Position numbers and translations under genes: made by a program. The notes beneath the pieces were generated by a model. The model had not been told where the DNA came from. It saw only the letters and a program-made list of their open reading frames with translations, and did not search any database. Of a stretch of 64,000 nt of DNA, positions 1-13,665 are shown piece after piece (the stretch's first letter is position 1; each line of letters opens with the position of its first letter). Origin of the DNA: Leucoraja erinacea (Eukaryota); contig NC_073396.1 in NCBI RefSeq assembly GCF_028641065.1, forward strand, positions 19,902,001 through 19,966,000, written 5' to 3'.

Positions 1-361
1 TGTATAGGTAAAATAAAAATGTGTAGATATGTAAATTAAATTTATTATGTTTATCATTTAAGATTTCATAAATACTGGTTTCAAATCAAGTATCACAACA
101 ACAAAATTGTAACTGAGTACTTAGATTTAATACTTTAAAAAAGGAGAGCAGTGTAATGTATTCGTACATATTCATGAATAGGTTAATGAGTTGGTGTTGT
201 CTATAAGCAGGGAATGTTGGGTTATAAATCTTTCTCGTGATCCAGGCAACCTGCGCGTAAGTTGTTATTCATTCTGCCGTCCGGAATATAACAAATGGCA
301 ATTGAGTGTGTCGGCCAAGTGGTAGGAAAGGGATGTCCTTTTCATTGTAATTAGATATGGT

Positions 362-415
362 CTTCTTCTTCTTGTGTTTGAGGCAGCAGAGGTAATGTAA
401 CCCCTCCAGGCGTTG
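362..415 (-). mobile_element. 54-bp (GAA)n-tailed retroposed insertion with 8-bp target duplication
   Basis: GATATGGT at 354-361 and 416-423; (GAA)n tail on the minus strand. Confidence 0.7.
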
Positions 416-909
416 GATATGGTGACTTAGTTGTTCCTCTGCTGACCTAGGTAGCTGTGTTTCCCAGGTAGTTAGCCGCTTACTTTTAATTTCTTATTAA
501 GTACATAGAAAAAAATCAAAACCACGACTGGCTCAAATCAATTATGCTCTAGTAGCACCACACTCACCACGCACAGTATGAAAACGTACAAGAATGTACA
601 AGAATGTACAAGGGTCCGATGCACAGTATGTGAATTCACAAGAAAAGATTTATAGATAATGGTGATGATGCATACAAGATAAATCTACAAGCTTTAAATT
701 TTACATCTGCAAGATGTAAATTTATAAGCTTGTGGAAGTCTAGCATGCCCAAATCACGAGTGCTGGAGTAACTCAGTGGGTCAGGTAGTATCTCTGGAGG
801 CCATGTATAGGTAACATTTCAGGTCGGGACACTTACAAGCGTTGCTCCAGCACTTGGTGCTCTAAATAAGATTCCAGCATCTGCAGTTCCTTGTGTCTAC
901 AAGAACTGT

Positions 910-1053
910 GGGGTGGAAGATTGTAACCTTCACGTGATCCGCCATGTTTGGACGAATGCAATCAACCCGGCGTGCACAATCAAATAAGATCAAGTAGAAC
1001 AAGTTGTCCTCCAACTTTATGCTGTGCACAACATATGCAAGAAGAAGAAGAAG
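910..1053 (+). mobile_element. Short (GAA)n-tailed retroposed insertion with 11-bp target duplication
   Basis: ACAAGAACTGT at 899-909 and 1054-1064; tail caagaagaagaagaag. Confidence 0.75.
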
Positions 1054-3499
1054 ACAAGAACTGTAATAAGTCAGTTACAATCTGAGAGCAAGAGTTATAA
1101 TCAACGGTATCGGTAGAAGTTGGTATAACGTGTCAGATTATTACCAGATTGTACCTTAACACTGCGATATAACATAAAAAATGAGTTGGCGTTTAATTTT
1201 CAAATGGTATATCCATGTTCCCTCCATGTGAAGTAAAGTGGTGATCTGGGATGCTGCAATGTGTAATATGTAAGTTCACTGTACTAGGCTCTGGTTCTCA
1301 ACGCCAGTTTTTTCAGTTTCCTGAGGTGGCCTATTACCAACATAGTAGTTGCAAGTGGAATCAAATGAGGAAAAGATTGGTGACTCATCATTTGGATTTT
1401 AACTGTCCATTATCCATAAGGTTGCAGTTTACAGAATGTTTGACTGGATGGGGCAGATGCAACAACATTCAAGAAATGTAACCACAAGGACTGAGCAGGT
1501 CAGTGATTGCCACTCCTTGCACTTGATTCAATAACCACTCACTTATCACTGGCATCCTCTGGCCCTGAACCGCAGAACCCAACGTGTTCTTTTTCATTTA
1601 CAAACCATGGGTGTGGTTGGCCAGACTAGCTCCAATAGCCCTTGAACTGAACAGCTTTCTGTGCCATTTTTGCAATGTGTTGGGTTTGAAGTCACAGCTC
1701 TAAAACAACCGCCACCAAGGAGCACTTCCCGCAGATCCCAGCCACAGAATGCCAGTAATGGATCCATCCTGTGGTGGTTATTGAATCCAGAGGCAGGAGC
1801 GCCAGTCACATAAATTGGTCTGTCCTTTTTGGGATGACCTGCATTGAGATGACCTGCCCCAGATATAGAGGACAGACTCCCTTCCAAAAGGAACTTTGAC
1901 TAAACAGCTAGATTTTGATGACAATCTGGTAGTTATTGTGGTCATTTTTGCTAACAGGTTAGAATCATTACTGCACAGAACAACCACACCTTGGTGGTTA
2001 TTTGTAGAGCAATCCACACTATCCTAATCACATTCCCCTGCACTTTTCCCACAACTTTGCAAAATTTCCCTGTCCAAATATTCTATTTTTAAAGTTCTAA
2101 CTGATTCTATCATCTTAACGTGGATTTTCAGATTACTGATAACAATATCTGTTGTAATTTCTTCATTAACTTCACATGAAGTCATATAGAATGGAAACAG
2201 GCCCTTTAGCCCACCATGTCCATGCAGATCATTGAGCTTCCATGAACACTAATCCCATTTTATTCTCCCACATTCCCATCAGGTCCCTGACATTTTTCCA
2301 ACACCTACACACTAGGGGTAATTTACATGGGCCAATTCATTTATCAGCCCACATACTTTTGCAATATAAGATAAAACCAGAGCACCCAGTGAGACCCTTG
2401 TGGTTAAAGGGAGCACATGCAAACCACATAGACAGCATTGTAGGTCAGGATTGAACCTGGGTCACTGACTGTGCCACTGTGCTTCCCAATCTTCTTTGAT
2501 CAAAGGGTTGAATTAAATTAGTCAAACATGATTTCTCTGACGACTTTTCTTTATTAAATCAAACCTTTTCAAGTCTTCTTCTCAAGCCAATTTTCCCCCC
2601 ACTGATTATAGTTTCCAAAACTAAGATTAAACTGCTCTAATTTTACCTGCCAGACACATCCTCACGCCATTTTTCAAACAAAGGTGTCACAGTTGTCATT
2701 TTCCAGGATTCTGGCATTTCCCATCTATCTAGGGTGGGTTGAAGATTATGACAATATCTACAGCCATCCTATCTGGACTGTTATTTGAAACTCAGCCAGC
2801 TTTTCCAATACCAGCCTTCCAATTAATTTTATCCCATCCATCTACTTACCTTGTCTTCTATTAATTCATCGTTTTCATTCTCAGATATAACATACCCCTC
2901 AAATGTTTCTGTCCTGATCTCTTTCTTGACTCAGACGTCTCTCTTGCTCCCCTATTGGTCCCACTCACTTGCTATTTACATGCCTGTGGAGGCCTCATAC
3001 TTTCTTTGTTTATATTAATTGCTATTCGATTCTCATTGTCTCTCCTTGCACATTTTGCTTTCCTTTTCATCTTTGTCTCAGTTTATAATTTACAGTCTGA
3101 TTCACACGTGAATTATCTGGTTGACATATTCCATGCACCTTTCTTTGTTTCATCATGTTCTTAATCTTGTTTGTCATTCAGAGGGCTCTGGATTTTATTT
3201 TTAGATACCAGATCTATTTAATTAACAATTTAAATTCCATCCAGAACCCATGGTGGAATCTGCACTCAATGGATCCTGGATTGTTAATTCAATACCAGTC
3301 ATTATAACACTGTAACCCATAATTATGCTGCACCTTGTCCTCCTGTATTTTTCACCATTAAAAAGAAAGAGTAAAAGTCACAGTAGAACGGAACTTTTTA
3401 TTGTTACTATTGCTAACATGTTAGAGTCACTGCTGCACAGAAGAGCAACAACACATGGCTGGCTCTCTATAGAGCAAACCGATTTATTCTGAATCCTGC

Positions 3500-5110
3500 C
3501 AGGAGTAACTGTAAAGGCGGAGATAATAGTGGCATTTGTGACCCTTTTAGATAGGCACATGGATATGCAGGGAATGGAAGGATGTGCATCACATGCAAGC
3601 AGATGAGATTAGTTTACCTTGGCATCGTGTTCAACACAGATATTAAGGACTGAAGACCCTGTTCCTGTGTGATACCTTTTTATGTTCTATCTATATTACA
3701 TGAATGGTAGGGCCCTGGGAACATTGTACAGCAGAGATATCTAGAAGAACAAGTACATAGTTCCCTAAAAGTGGTGTCGTAGATAGAGAGCATGGTGAGA
3801 TAGGCAAATTGGCCTTCATCAGTCAGGGAATTGAGTGTAGACGTTGGGACATTATGTTACAGTTGTACAAATGTTTTATTCAATTTTGGTCACTCTGCTA
3901 TAGGAGAGATGCCATTAAGCTGAAAAGAATGTAGAGAACACCTACAAGGGTGTTGCCAAGACTCGAGAGCCTGAGCTATAGGGAGATTGGGCAGGCCTTG
4001 GGGGCAGGAGCTGAGAGGTGATCTTACAGAGGTGAATGCACACTTTTTCCCAGGGTAGGGGAATCTAGAATTAGAAGGCATAGGTGAGAGGAGAAAGATT
4101 TACTAGGAACCTAAGGGGCATCTTTTTCACTCAGTGGGTGGCAGGTATATGCAACAAGCTGCCAGAGGAAATCATTGAGGCAGGTACAATGACAACATTG
4201 GTAAGTTTCAGAAATATCAGGGAATTGAGGAATTGTGAGGTGTTGCACTTTGGGAGGTCAAATGAAAGAGGAAAAGTATGCAGTAAATAAATGGCAGGAC
4301 CCTTAACTGTATAGATGTACTGAGGGATCTAGGGGGTCCAAGTCCATTGCTCCCTGAAAGTGGCAACAAAAGTAGTAAAGAAGGCATATGGTTTGTTTAC
4401 CTTCATCTGTCCGGGCATTGGGTATAAGAGTCAGGAAATCATGTTGCAGCTTTATAACATTTTAGTTAGGCTAAGTTTGGAGTATTGTGTGTGATTCTGG
4501 TTGTCCATTGCACCGTCCACACCCAGGAGGATGTGGTGGCTTCAGAGAGGGCACAGAAATTTACCAGGATGATGCCTGGATTGGAGGATATTAGCTATAC
4601 GTAGAGGTAGGATAAACTTGGATTGTTTCCTCTGGAGCATGAAGGCTGAGGGAAGACCTGATAGAAATATATAAAGTTATGAGATCATAGCTGGGGTAGG
4701 CAGTCAGAGCTTCTTCCCTAGGTTGGAAATACTAGAGGGCATATTTTAAGGGCAGAGATACAGATTAAAGGAGCTATGCAAGGCAAGTCATTTTTTACAC
4801 ATAATGGTGGTGGGTGCATGGAATGCACTGCCAGGGATGGTAGAGCACTCAGGACAGTGGTTTTTAAAAGGTACTTTGAAGGCATATGAACATGCAGAAA
4901 ACAAGGGATATAGTTAACATACAGGCAGAAGGTGTTAGTTTCATTTGGTAATATGGGCCGAAGGGTCTGTTCCTGTGCTGCACTGTTCTATGTGTGATAT
5001 AATAGAGGGAACTAGCCTAGAAGAGATGAGGCATGGGGCAGATCAGTCATGTTGAATGTAGGGCATGTTTGAGGGGCTAAGTGGCCTCCTCCTGCTCCTA
5101 TTTTCTTGTG
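3500..5110 (+). mobile_element. Cluster of degraded CR1 3' fragments
   Basis: Repeated CR1 C-terminal motifs (FFTQWVAGICNKLP, CEVLHFGRSN) and gggccgaagg tails. Confidence 0.7.
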
Positions 5111-8089
5111 CTTTTGAGCAGGAGGCTCACTTCCATTTTCTCTCTGGGAAATAATGTGTCCTGTTTGCTTAACCATGTTTGCACAAAAAGCAACAGAAAG
5201 TCTTGTGCAGGAGAGAATAAAAAATGTTTCTCTCACCACAATCATTGAGCTGTGCAAATTGGAGCCAGAGCTCCCCTTGTTGGCTGAACATCAACAAGGC
5301 ACTGTATCAGACAGACTGGAGTCGCGGTCAGTTCTGACTCACTTTAACTTTCAGAGTCTCTAAAAAGATGACTCAGGAATGTACTGCTTCCCCCAGCCTG
5401 ACTTGTGACAGTTCCAATAACAAGAAAAAAATTGTATATAAACCAGCGATCAGTTAAGAATGTATCTGATTGCAGGATCCACTCTCAGAACTTTCCCTTG
5501 GTTTTGTACAATTTATAACCTCCTTCTTCTTAAATAAATTTATTCCCATGCATTTTTGGCCTCTTTCATACTTACTGGAATTTTATTTTTATTCTTATCA
5601 ACAGTTACTAAACTTCAAAAGTATATCTCTGTGCGAAAACAATTTATTATCTTGATGTCACAGCACTTCAATTATTATACTGAAAACAGCATTACCCTAG
5701 ACCTTCTTCATTCTGAGTCCCAACCCAAAATGTCTCCTATTAATTTTCTCCAGAAATGCTGCTTGACTCACTGAGTTATTCCATCACTTTGTGTTAATCA
5801 GCTTAGACAATCTTCTCTAGCTCTGGCACATTGTCAATAATTTCCATGGCACCCTCACTGGTGATACCAGACTCTTCCTGAAATGTGGTGACAAGAACCT
5901 TTGCACTTCTGTAGATGTGGCCTTGCTGGTGTTTAATACAGCTCCAGCCTAATCTATATGCCCTTGAATTCCTTGACCAATTCAAGACCATAACCCATAT
6001 TTACCACCTTATCCACATGTCCTTACATCAGCAGAGATCAGCAGATATGTATTCCAGGGCACACATTTCTCTTTATCTTGCCTTGTTTGCCATCCTAAGG
6101 GCTTTGTTTTGGTTGCACTACATACTTGAATTTTGCACTATTATAGTCTGGAAACCTGGTATTACTGATTATTAATTTATGGTATTATTGCTTGCCATAG
6201 ATTTATTTGCATGTTATTGCGTTAATAGGCCTGTGAAACTGCAGTAAGAATTTCACATGACAATTAAACACTCTTGATCCCCATTACATCACCTCACATG
6301 TCTACAGATCAAATTCCACTTGAATGCCCATCTGACCAATTCATTGATATCTTCTAGCAGTGTACAGCTTTCCTTCTCACTATCAACCAATATCTGCAAA
6401 CAATTTAACCATGGATTTCACATTCAAATAAAAATCATCGATGCATCTTAAAAAGTAATGAACCCAACACCGAGGCATGCAAACAGATCACCAAACTTCC
6501 TTTGTTCTCAATCACTGTCGATCCTGGATGTATGGCATTATATTTTTCTGTCCAAATGTCCAGGTGTGTACACTTGCTATAAAGTCCAGATTGAAGTTAT
6601 GAGAGGCATAGATAAGGTAGACAGTCAGAACTTTTCGCCTACGTTGGAATGACAAAGATTAGAGGGCTTAGCTTTAAAGTGACGGGAAAAACTTTAAAAG
6701 GAGATGTGCGAGGTAAGTTTCTTTTACACAGAAACTGTAGATGGGTGCCTGGAACGTGCTGCAAGGGGTGGTGGTGGATGCAGACACGATAGTGACAGAT
6801 AAGAGGCTTTTGGATGAGCATATGGATATGCAGGGAATAGAAATATATGGATAACTTACAGGCAGAGATTAGTTTAACTTGGCAACACATTTGTCACCAA
6901 CATTGTGGGTCAAAGGGCATGTTCTTGTGTTGTTCTATGTTCCATCCTAGCAACACCAAATATGTTACCTTCATTAACGCTCCTTACTGCTTCTCGAAAA
7001 ATTCACTCAAATGAGTTTGACACAACTGTGCTAATTATCATCGATAAATCTATGCTTTTCTATACAGTGTTCTACATTAGCATTCTTCCAGTCCACTGAT
7101 CACAGCAGCCAGACTGTTCAACAATAATGTGTTTAAGAAAGTACTGCAGATGCTGGAAAAATCGAAGGCAGACAAAAATGCTGGTGAAATTCAGCAGGTG
7201 AGGCAGCATCTATGGAGCAAAGGAACAATGATGGCCAGATGACTTCCTCTCGAGCTGCTCTTAACATGGATGGAAGACATTTCATTCAGACCTGCCAATT
7301 TTTCTGTTTTATATAATGGTTAGTAACAAGAAGAAATCAGAATGATATTATCGATTAGGCATTGTTCGAACAAAGAAGAGTAGGGGTATTATTTTTTCTC
7401 ATAGTGTTAGGCGTTGGATGTCCAACAGAAGCTTCATGGGAGGCAAAGTATGTGCTGTCTTTTAAATAAGAAATGAATGGATATTTGAAAATAATATATG
7501 GGAATTGATCAGTAGATGACTCTCGGACAGCTAGACAGCATGGTTAATCAGGGCCGAATGAAATATTTTCTTAGTCAGGAGAGGAGATTGGTTTAACTTG
7601 GCATCATGTTCAGCCTGAACATTGTGGGTCAAAGGGCCTGTTCCTGTATGGTTCTATGTTCTTTGTCTTGTTTTTCCTTTGAACTTGATTCATTTTGCAT
7701 TGCTGCACCCTTGACACCACCTCTAGATTTCTGTCTGATACAGTTCAGTGGAACTTTGGAATCCTTCAAGCCGATTCCAGTGGATACAAAGCACCCAAAC
7801 AATTCATAATCAAAGACCAGTACTGCTGCTGCAAGAACAGATGTGACCCCAAAGGTTGCTGGATATATATATATATCTCCAAGATTGATCCACTGTGACA
7901 TACACTCTCAGCAGGAAATTATTTGCCCAATGACAGCAGGAACAGATATGAGAGGGCTATTACATGGAACCTTCAGCTGAATACCCAGCCAGAATGGTTC
8001 TATGATGGGAGCAGAGAACCACAATGTTCTCCCCAGAATTCCAGATAAAAACTCTTGGATGGGGCTGGAAACAGTGTTTGTCTAAAGTT

Positions 8090-8337
8090 ATTGGGTAGCT
8101 TACACCCCAGCGGTATGAACATTGACTTCTCTAACTCCAAGTAGCCCTTGCTTTCCCTCCCCATCCCCTCCACCTTCCCAGTTCTCTGACCAGTTGTACT
8201 GTCTCTGACTACATTTTAACTCTGTACCGCCCACTCCCCAGTCTGAAGAACGGTCTCGACCCGAAACATCACCCATCCCTTCTCTCCAGAGATGCTGCCT
8301 GTCCCGCTGGATACTGTCCAGTATTTTGTGTCTACCT
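8090..8337 (+). mobile_element. Penelope-like 3' fragment with degenerate hammerhead core
   Basis: Encodes LGSLHPSGMNIDFSN as at 34.0 kb, followed by CTGAAGAACGGTCTCGACCCGAAACATC at 8243-8270. Confidence 0.75.
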
Positions 8338-10129
8338 TGTGTGAAGCTAGCTCTGTTGTTAGTTCATCAAAGCCTTCACATCCCACGTTGCAAGACAGCT
8401 TTATTGAAACAGATTGCCAGAAGCAGGTTGCCAATTATGTGTTAAAGGGTTTGTTGACTTCTTCTCTGATTGATGTCTGCTTTGGTTTAAAAATAATGGA
8501 AAAAAATGAGGCCCATTCTGCATCTGAAGGATTGAGACCAAGTTGTAGGATGTCTTGGAATAAAGAGTTATTTAGTTTAGTTTGGTTTAGTTTAGTTTAT
8601 TGCTAAATAGGAAAGAAAGCCATCCAACTATTCAAGGCTACCGTTCTGCAATCTTGCATAAAGTGTATTTCAATAAATTACATGGGCAATACTCAGTCAA
8701 TGAAACATGCATAGGATGTGATAGCATCAAAAGCAACTTAGACCTTCACTACAGTGTGCTGAGCCCACCAACTACTAAATAAGCATCAACACTCATTATT
8801 CATAGCACAAGGCAAGAAATACAACCTAAGTTGATTTGTTTTAAATTAATTTGGCTACATTTTGCAGCTGTTATCTCAGCTGTTTGCTTGACAGTTTATT
8901 GGTTTCCTGTATCTTTGGAAATCTAAAGCTAACATCCCTGCTTTACAGACTGAGACCATAACTGGCAAATACTTCAATGCTAAGCTGAGAGAGTGCATAC
9001 TTCTGGAGATGCTGTCAGGCAATAAGCTAAGGTCCTGGTCACTCTTCAAAGAAGATTAATTTTCTTGGTTTAAAGACCAATGTTTATCTCTAAACCAAGT
9101 CCTACAAAAATGGATTAGATGATTTATCATCACATCATTGTTTGCAAATACACATTGCTTCTGCATTTAATACATCCAACAGTGACCATACTTGTTAGCT
9201 GTTATGGATATTCAAAAATTCTAGAAAAAGGCAATGGAATGAAGCAGGTGTTGGGGAGGTTGGGACTTTCACATCAACTCTATTCTGTAACTTCCAAGAT
9301 AGTTGCATGGAGAAAGGTATAAATAAATGACTAAAAACCACAATTTCTTTAAGAACAAAGTTTCATATTCTGCATATTTCAGAATATGTGGGTTTTCAGG
9401 TGTATTTGAGGAGGCAATGCTGGATTCAGTTGTTCAAACATCTCAATTCTCTCAAAAAATAAAAGATCTCCTTAAATGGTCAAGAAGATGGGATAAATCT
9501 CCTGTGTGATAGCACATAAAGCCAACAACTGCTGATGGCATAGCATGGCAATCAGCCAGGCTGGTGTCCAGTTACAAAGCCATTTCCATACTTAGTTCCT
9601 TTACACCCACCCAGAATACTCGAACATGAGCCACAGCAAAATGTCTAGATCAAATTAACCCAAGGGCACACAAGGGTATCTTCTCCTCCATCTCCGTCCA
9701 TCAACCCGCCAGAAAAGTCACTTTTATGTTTAATGCAGAGAATTAAATTCTATTATGTAATCATTTAGTCACTTTGACTAATCACTTTTGCAAACTCTCG
9801 GTTCATGGCTTTGCAACCTGACACTCTTTGAGAAAGCAAAAATTGGAGAGCACAACAAAAAAAAAGGTTTATAAATCCCAAATTATGAGCTCAGACTTCA
9901 AAGGTTTCAGCGAACCCTCGCTATATATTTTCACAGGAACAGTTGGTTGCAAGCTTATAATTGCAGCTGCTGCTTTCTGCTCCACTGGTTAGAGATTGAA
10001 TCCGGACCGTTCATTCAGCTTTAATGTTCCTAGTTTGTAGATACCATGCAGAGAGTTACAGTTCTAAAATAATACGTTAGCCCAGGTAATGCTGTCAGCC
10101 AACCACCAGTTAAATAAAGAAGAACTTAC

Positions 10130-10187
10130 CTGGTGTCACAAAGATCAGAAGAGAGAGGAAGATACTGAATGAGACCAGTCCCTTCAT
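10130..10187 (-). CDS. SRL: First coding exon (signal peptide MKGLVSFSIFLSLLIFVTP) of probable sarcalumenin; rest of the gene presumably left of the window
   Basis: Context aaaATGA, 19 mostly hydrophobic codons plus 1 nt, consensus donor CAG|GTAAGT, TATA-like box about 40 nt upstream. SRL lies downstream of TFAP4 on the same strand in other vertebrates and begins with a short phase-1 signal-peptide exon. Confidence 0.78.
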
Positions 10188-10214
10188 TTTGACTGTCAGA
10201 AGCAACCTGCCAGC

Positions 10215-10290
10215 GATCAGTAATATATAGGGGAGAAGGTCAGAGGTTAGAGAGTGACCTTAAAAGGCGGAATCAGAGGTCAGAAGTCCG
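10215..10290 (-). promoter_or_regulatory. Candidate SRL core promoter with TATA box and clustered nuclear-receptor half-sites
   Basis: CTATATATTA (10230-10221); AGGTCAgAGGTTA DR1-like (10237-10249); TTAAGGTCA ERR-type site on the minus strand (about 10263-10255); another AGGTCA at about 10277. Confidence 0.55.
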
Positions 10291-12105
10291 CAGTGACAAT
10301 TGGCATTTGATGAGATCACTGAGCGACATTATGGTTGTTCTGCGTTCTTTGCATTAGTCACAAGCCAATACTGTAAGGCTTTATTCGGACAGTTTGTTAG
10401 TAAAACTACTTTTTTAATTTATTCAGCCTCGTGGGTTTTAAGACCTCAGGATATATGCTTTTGTCTGAATGTATATTCCAAATCAGCAATGATTTTTAAG
10501 TGTAGATAAATTTCCCAAGAGTTGCATTCATACAAGATTACATTTCATACATAAATTTGCTCTTATTAAATATTTTAATACATTTTCTTTAAAAACAAAT
10601 ATTTTATGAAGTAAGAGTGTTTAATTGTCATTTGTACCAACAATGGAATGATGAAATTCTTACCTGCTGCAGCTTAGCAGGCCCGTAAATGCAATACAAA
10701 CAGATGAAAATATAATAATGTAAAAAATCAATAATTTAATAGCTGTAAAATTAGGTAGCCGTAATAGTGCAAACAGCAGATTCTGTTGTGCAACTAAATT
10801 CACTGTCCATAGAACTTTATAGTTGCTGAGGTTAGAGTAATGCTGTGTTTAAGAGCTTGATGGTTGCTGGGAAGAAACTATTCTTGAATCTGGTGGTTAA
10901 GGGTATTCAGGCTGCTGTACCTTCTTCCCGATGGTAGTAACAAAATGAGAGTGAGGCCAGGGTGGTGTGGGTTTTTGAGGCAGCACTTCTTGTAGAGCCC
11001 TTCAATGTTGAGGAGATCAGTATCTGTAATGGACCAGGCAATGTCTACCGCTCTGTTAAATCACCTTCTTTGCTGGACGCTCGAGTTGCCAAACTAGACC
11101 ATGATGCCACCAGTCAGTATATTCTCTACTGTACACCTGCAGAAGTTCAATACAATATTCCTCTTCACCTGTACACCTGTAGAAATTTAGTAGAGTATTC
11201 GTCGACCTGCCAAATCTCCTCAATCTGCTAATTAGAGAAGAATGAAGAAACAAGAAACTGCAGATGCTGGTTTACAGAAAAAGACACAAAGTGTTGGCAG
11301 TATCCCGGAAAACATGGATGGGTGATATTTCTGGTTCAGTCTGAAGAAGAAAGCAGAGACATTGACGAGGTCTCTTTGAAATTGCATCAATGTGCTGGGC
11401 CCAGAAATGTAGCCAAAGTAGATATTTTAAATGAACTTTCCATCTAACCATCTCTTTTCCCTGTCACTGTATAGCAGACTTTTAAATTGCAATATGATTC
11501 CTTGAATAAGAGCAAACCAAGTTAGACTGTCTCCCACCATACAGAGATGAAAGTCAGCTCTTCGTTCTACTGCTACCTTGTTATCTTTTTCCAGTGTCAT
11601 TTTGTTCTGGTCTTTGTTTTGCTCCATATAGCCTGCTCTGTTTTCTGTATTTCTATCTCTCTTTTTCTATTGGGAATTTACTCAGTTAATATCTGGCATA
11701 ATAGATAGTATAAGAGTGAGTCATGAGCTGGAATCAGGTGGTTTATATATATTGTAGATTACTGGCCATGAATGAAAAACTGGACTCGCACTGAGGTATT
11801 TTGTTTATTCATTTTCTGGATCTCAGCATCAGCGGCAAGGCCAGCATTTACCGAACATCATCTCTACTTGTTCTTGCGATGGTAGTGCTGGGCTGCTTTC
11901 TTGAATCAATGCCGACCTTTTAAGAACATAGAACAGTACCCATCAACAAGAACGGGCCCTTCGGCCCTCAATGTCTGTGCCAACCATAGCACCAAATGAA
12001 ATAAACCCCATTTGCCTGCACAGTGAAGTTACCTTTGGTGAAGTTACACCCACAGTGATCTTGCAGAGGATTAGACTCAGTAACAAGGAAGGACCAGGGA
12101 TATAT

Positions 12106-13007
12106 GATTTAGATTAGATTAGATTAGATTAGATTCTTTATTTGTCATTCAGACCTTTTGGTCTGAACGAAATGTCGTTGCCTGCAGTCATACATATAAT
12201 AATAAACAACAAAACACACAATAAACACAAATTAACATCCACCACAGTGAGTTCACCAGGCACCTCCTCACTGTGATGGAGGCAAAATCTTAAAGTTACT
12301 GTCTCTTCCTTCCTCATTCTCCCTCTGCGCTGAGGTGATACCCCACCGGGCGATGGTAGTCAGTCCCGCGGCTCAACCGAGCTCCGCGAACGGGCCGTTT
12401 CAAACTCCGCGGCCCCGGGTGGTCGAAGCCGCCGCCCTCCAGTCCTGCAGACGCAGCTGTTGCCGCGGGAGCTCCGGAAAACAGGCACCAGCCTGTGACC
12501 TGCAAGCTCCCGACGATGTCATCCACTGGCCCGCGGCCGAGCCCCAGATTCAGGTCGCCGCTGCCTCAGCCACCGGAGCACCGTCTTAGCCCCATGCCGG
12601 GCTGCCCTCACCAGAGCGCCGTCTCAGCCCTGCGTCGTGCCGCTGCCACTGGAATGCCGGAACGCCGCCGCTGCCGCTGCAGCTCGAAGACGGCCAGCCT
12701 CGCGCTGGTGAGTCCTGGCTGGCTCTGTTTCCTTAGCCTCGAGGTCGGTCGCAGTTGGAGGCCGCCAGCTCCGCCATTAGGCCTCGGCGCAGACGGAGGC
12801 AGAGAATGGGGGAATACGACAAGAAGAGTCGCATTCCCCCGAAGGGAGAGACAGAAAACCACGTTTCAGCCCCCCTCCACCACACATAACACAGCCTAAT
12901 AACTAAAATTTGACTAAAACAAGACAGAGAAAACAACAAAAAAAAGTAAAGACATGCGGACTGCAGGCGAACCGCAGCTGTTCAACAGCGCCGCCACTTC
13001 CGGATAT
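12106..13007 (-). mobile_element. Non-autonomous GC-rich retroposon (copy A) with (TCTAA)n tail
   Basis: GGATATAT duplicated at 12098-12105 and 13008-13015; 3' stem-loop TTCAGACC-AAAA-GGTCTGAA; AATAAA then microsatellite tail. Confidence 0.8.
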
Positions 13008-13665
13008 GGATATATTTCCGTCGGAATGTTGTGCTACTCGGGGGAGTAAGTTGCAGGCAGTGGTGTTCCTGTGAAGCCATTACCTTTATTCCTGGTGGCA
13101 AAATGGCTAGTTCATGAGCTATTATGACTATTAGACAGTTGCTTCACTGGCCTTTGGACTATCTCTCTTAAATAAAGACCAGTTCCCAGTGGAACTTTGC
13201 ATGGCTGACTGGACATGTTTGGTGCCTAGGCCGATGCTAAGTGATTCTGCTGGCGCTGCATTTGAGCTTAGCAATGAACTAAGTGCTAGTGGGTACAGCT
13301 AGTGCTTCAGACGGAATTTCACAGTCAACCATATAGATAGTTCTGGAGTCACATTATAACTGACCGAGTTAAGGACAGCAAATTTCATCCCCCAAAGAAC
13401 TGTAGAGAACCAGGTGGATTTCTCAAACAATCTGATAATTACATAGTCTTCCTTTTAACAACCGTGTGGTGATATTTCCACCAACATGCTAAATTATTCA
13501 CTGGTTAAATTCCACAGCTGTTAATCCAAGTAATTGAGTCATACAGCAGGACAACTGGCCCCATGGCCCAACTCATCTGTACTGACCAAAGTGCCCATTT
13601 AGTCCCATCTGCCTGCGTTTGCTCCATACCCATCCAAACTGAAAGTCATATATTAATTGTGGCAG

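Noticed and set aside
12314-12939. Several overlapping 70-134 aa ORFs in GC-rich sequence (also 13.8-14.3, 15.8-16.3 and 20.7-21.2 kb)
   Set aside because: They lie inside non-coding retroposons, have no recognisable domain, and are expected from stop-poor GC-rich DNA.
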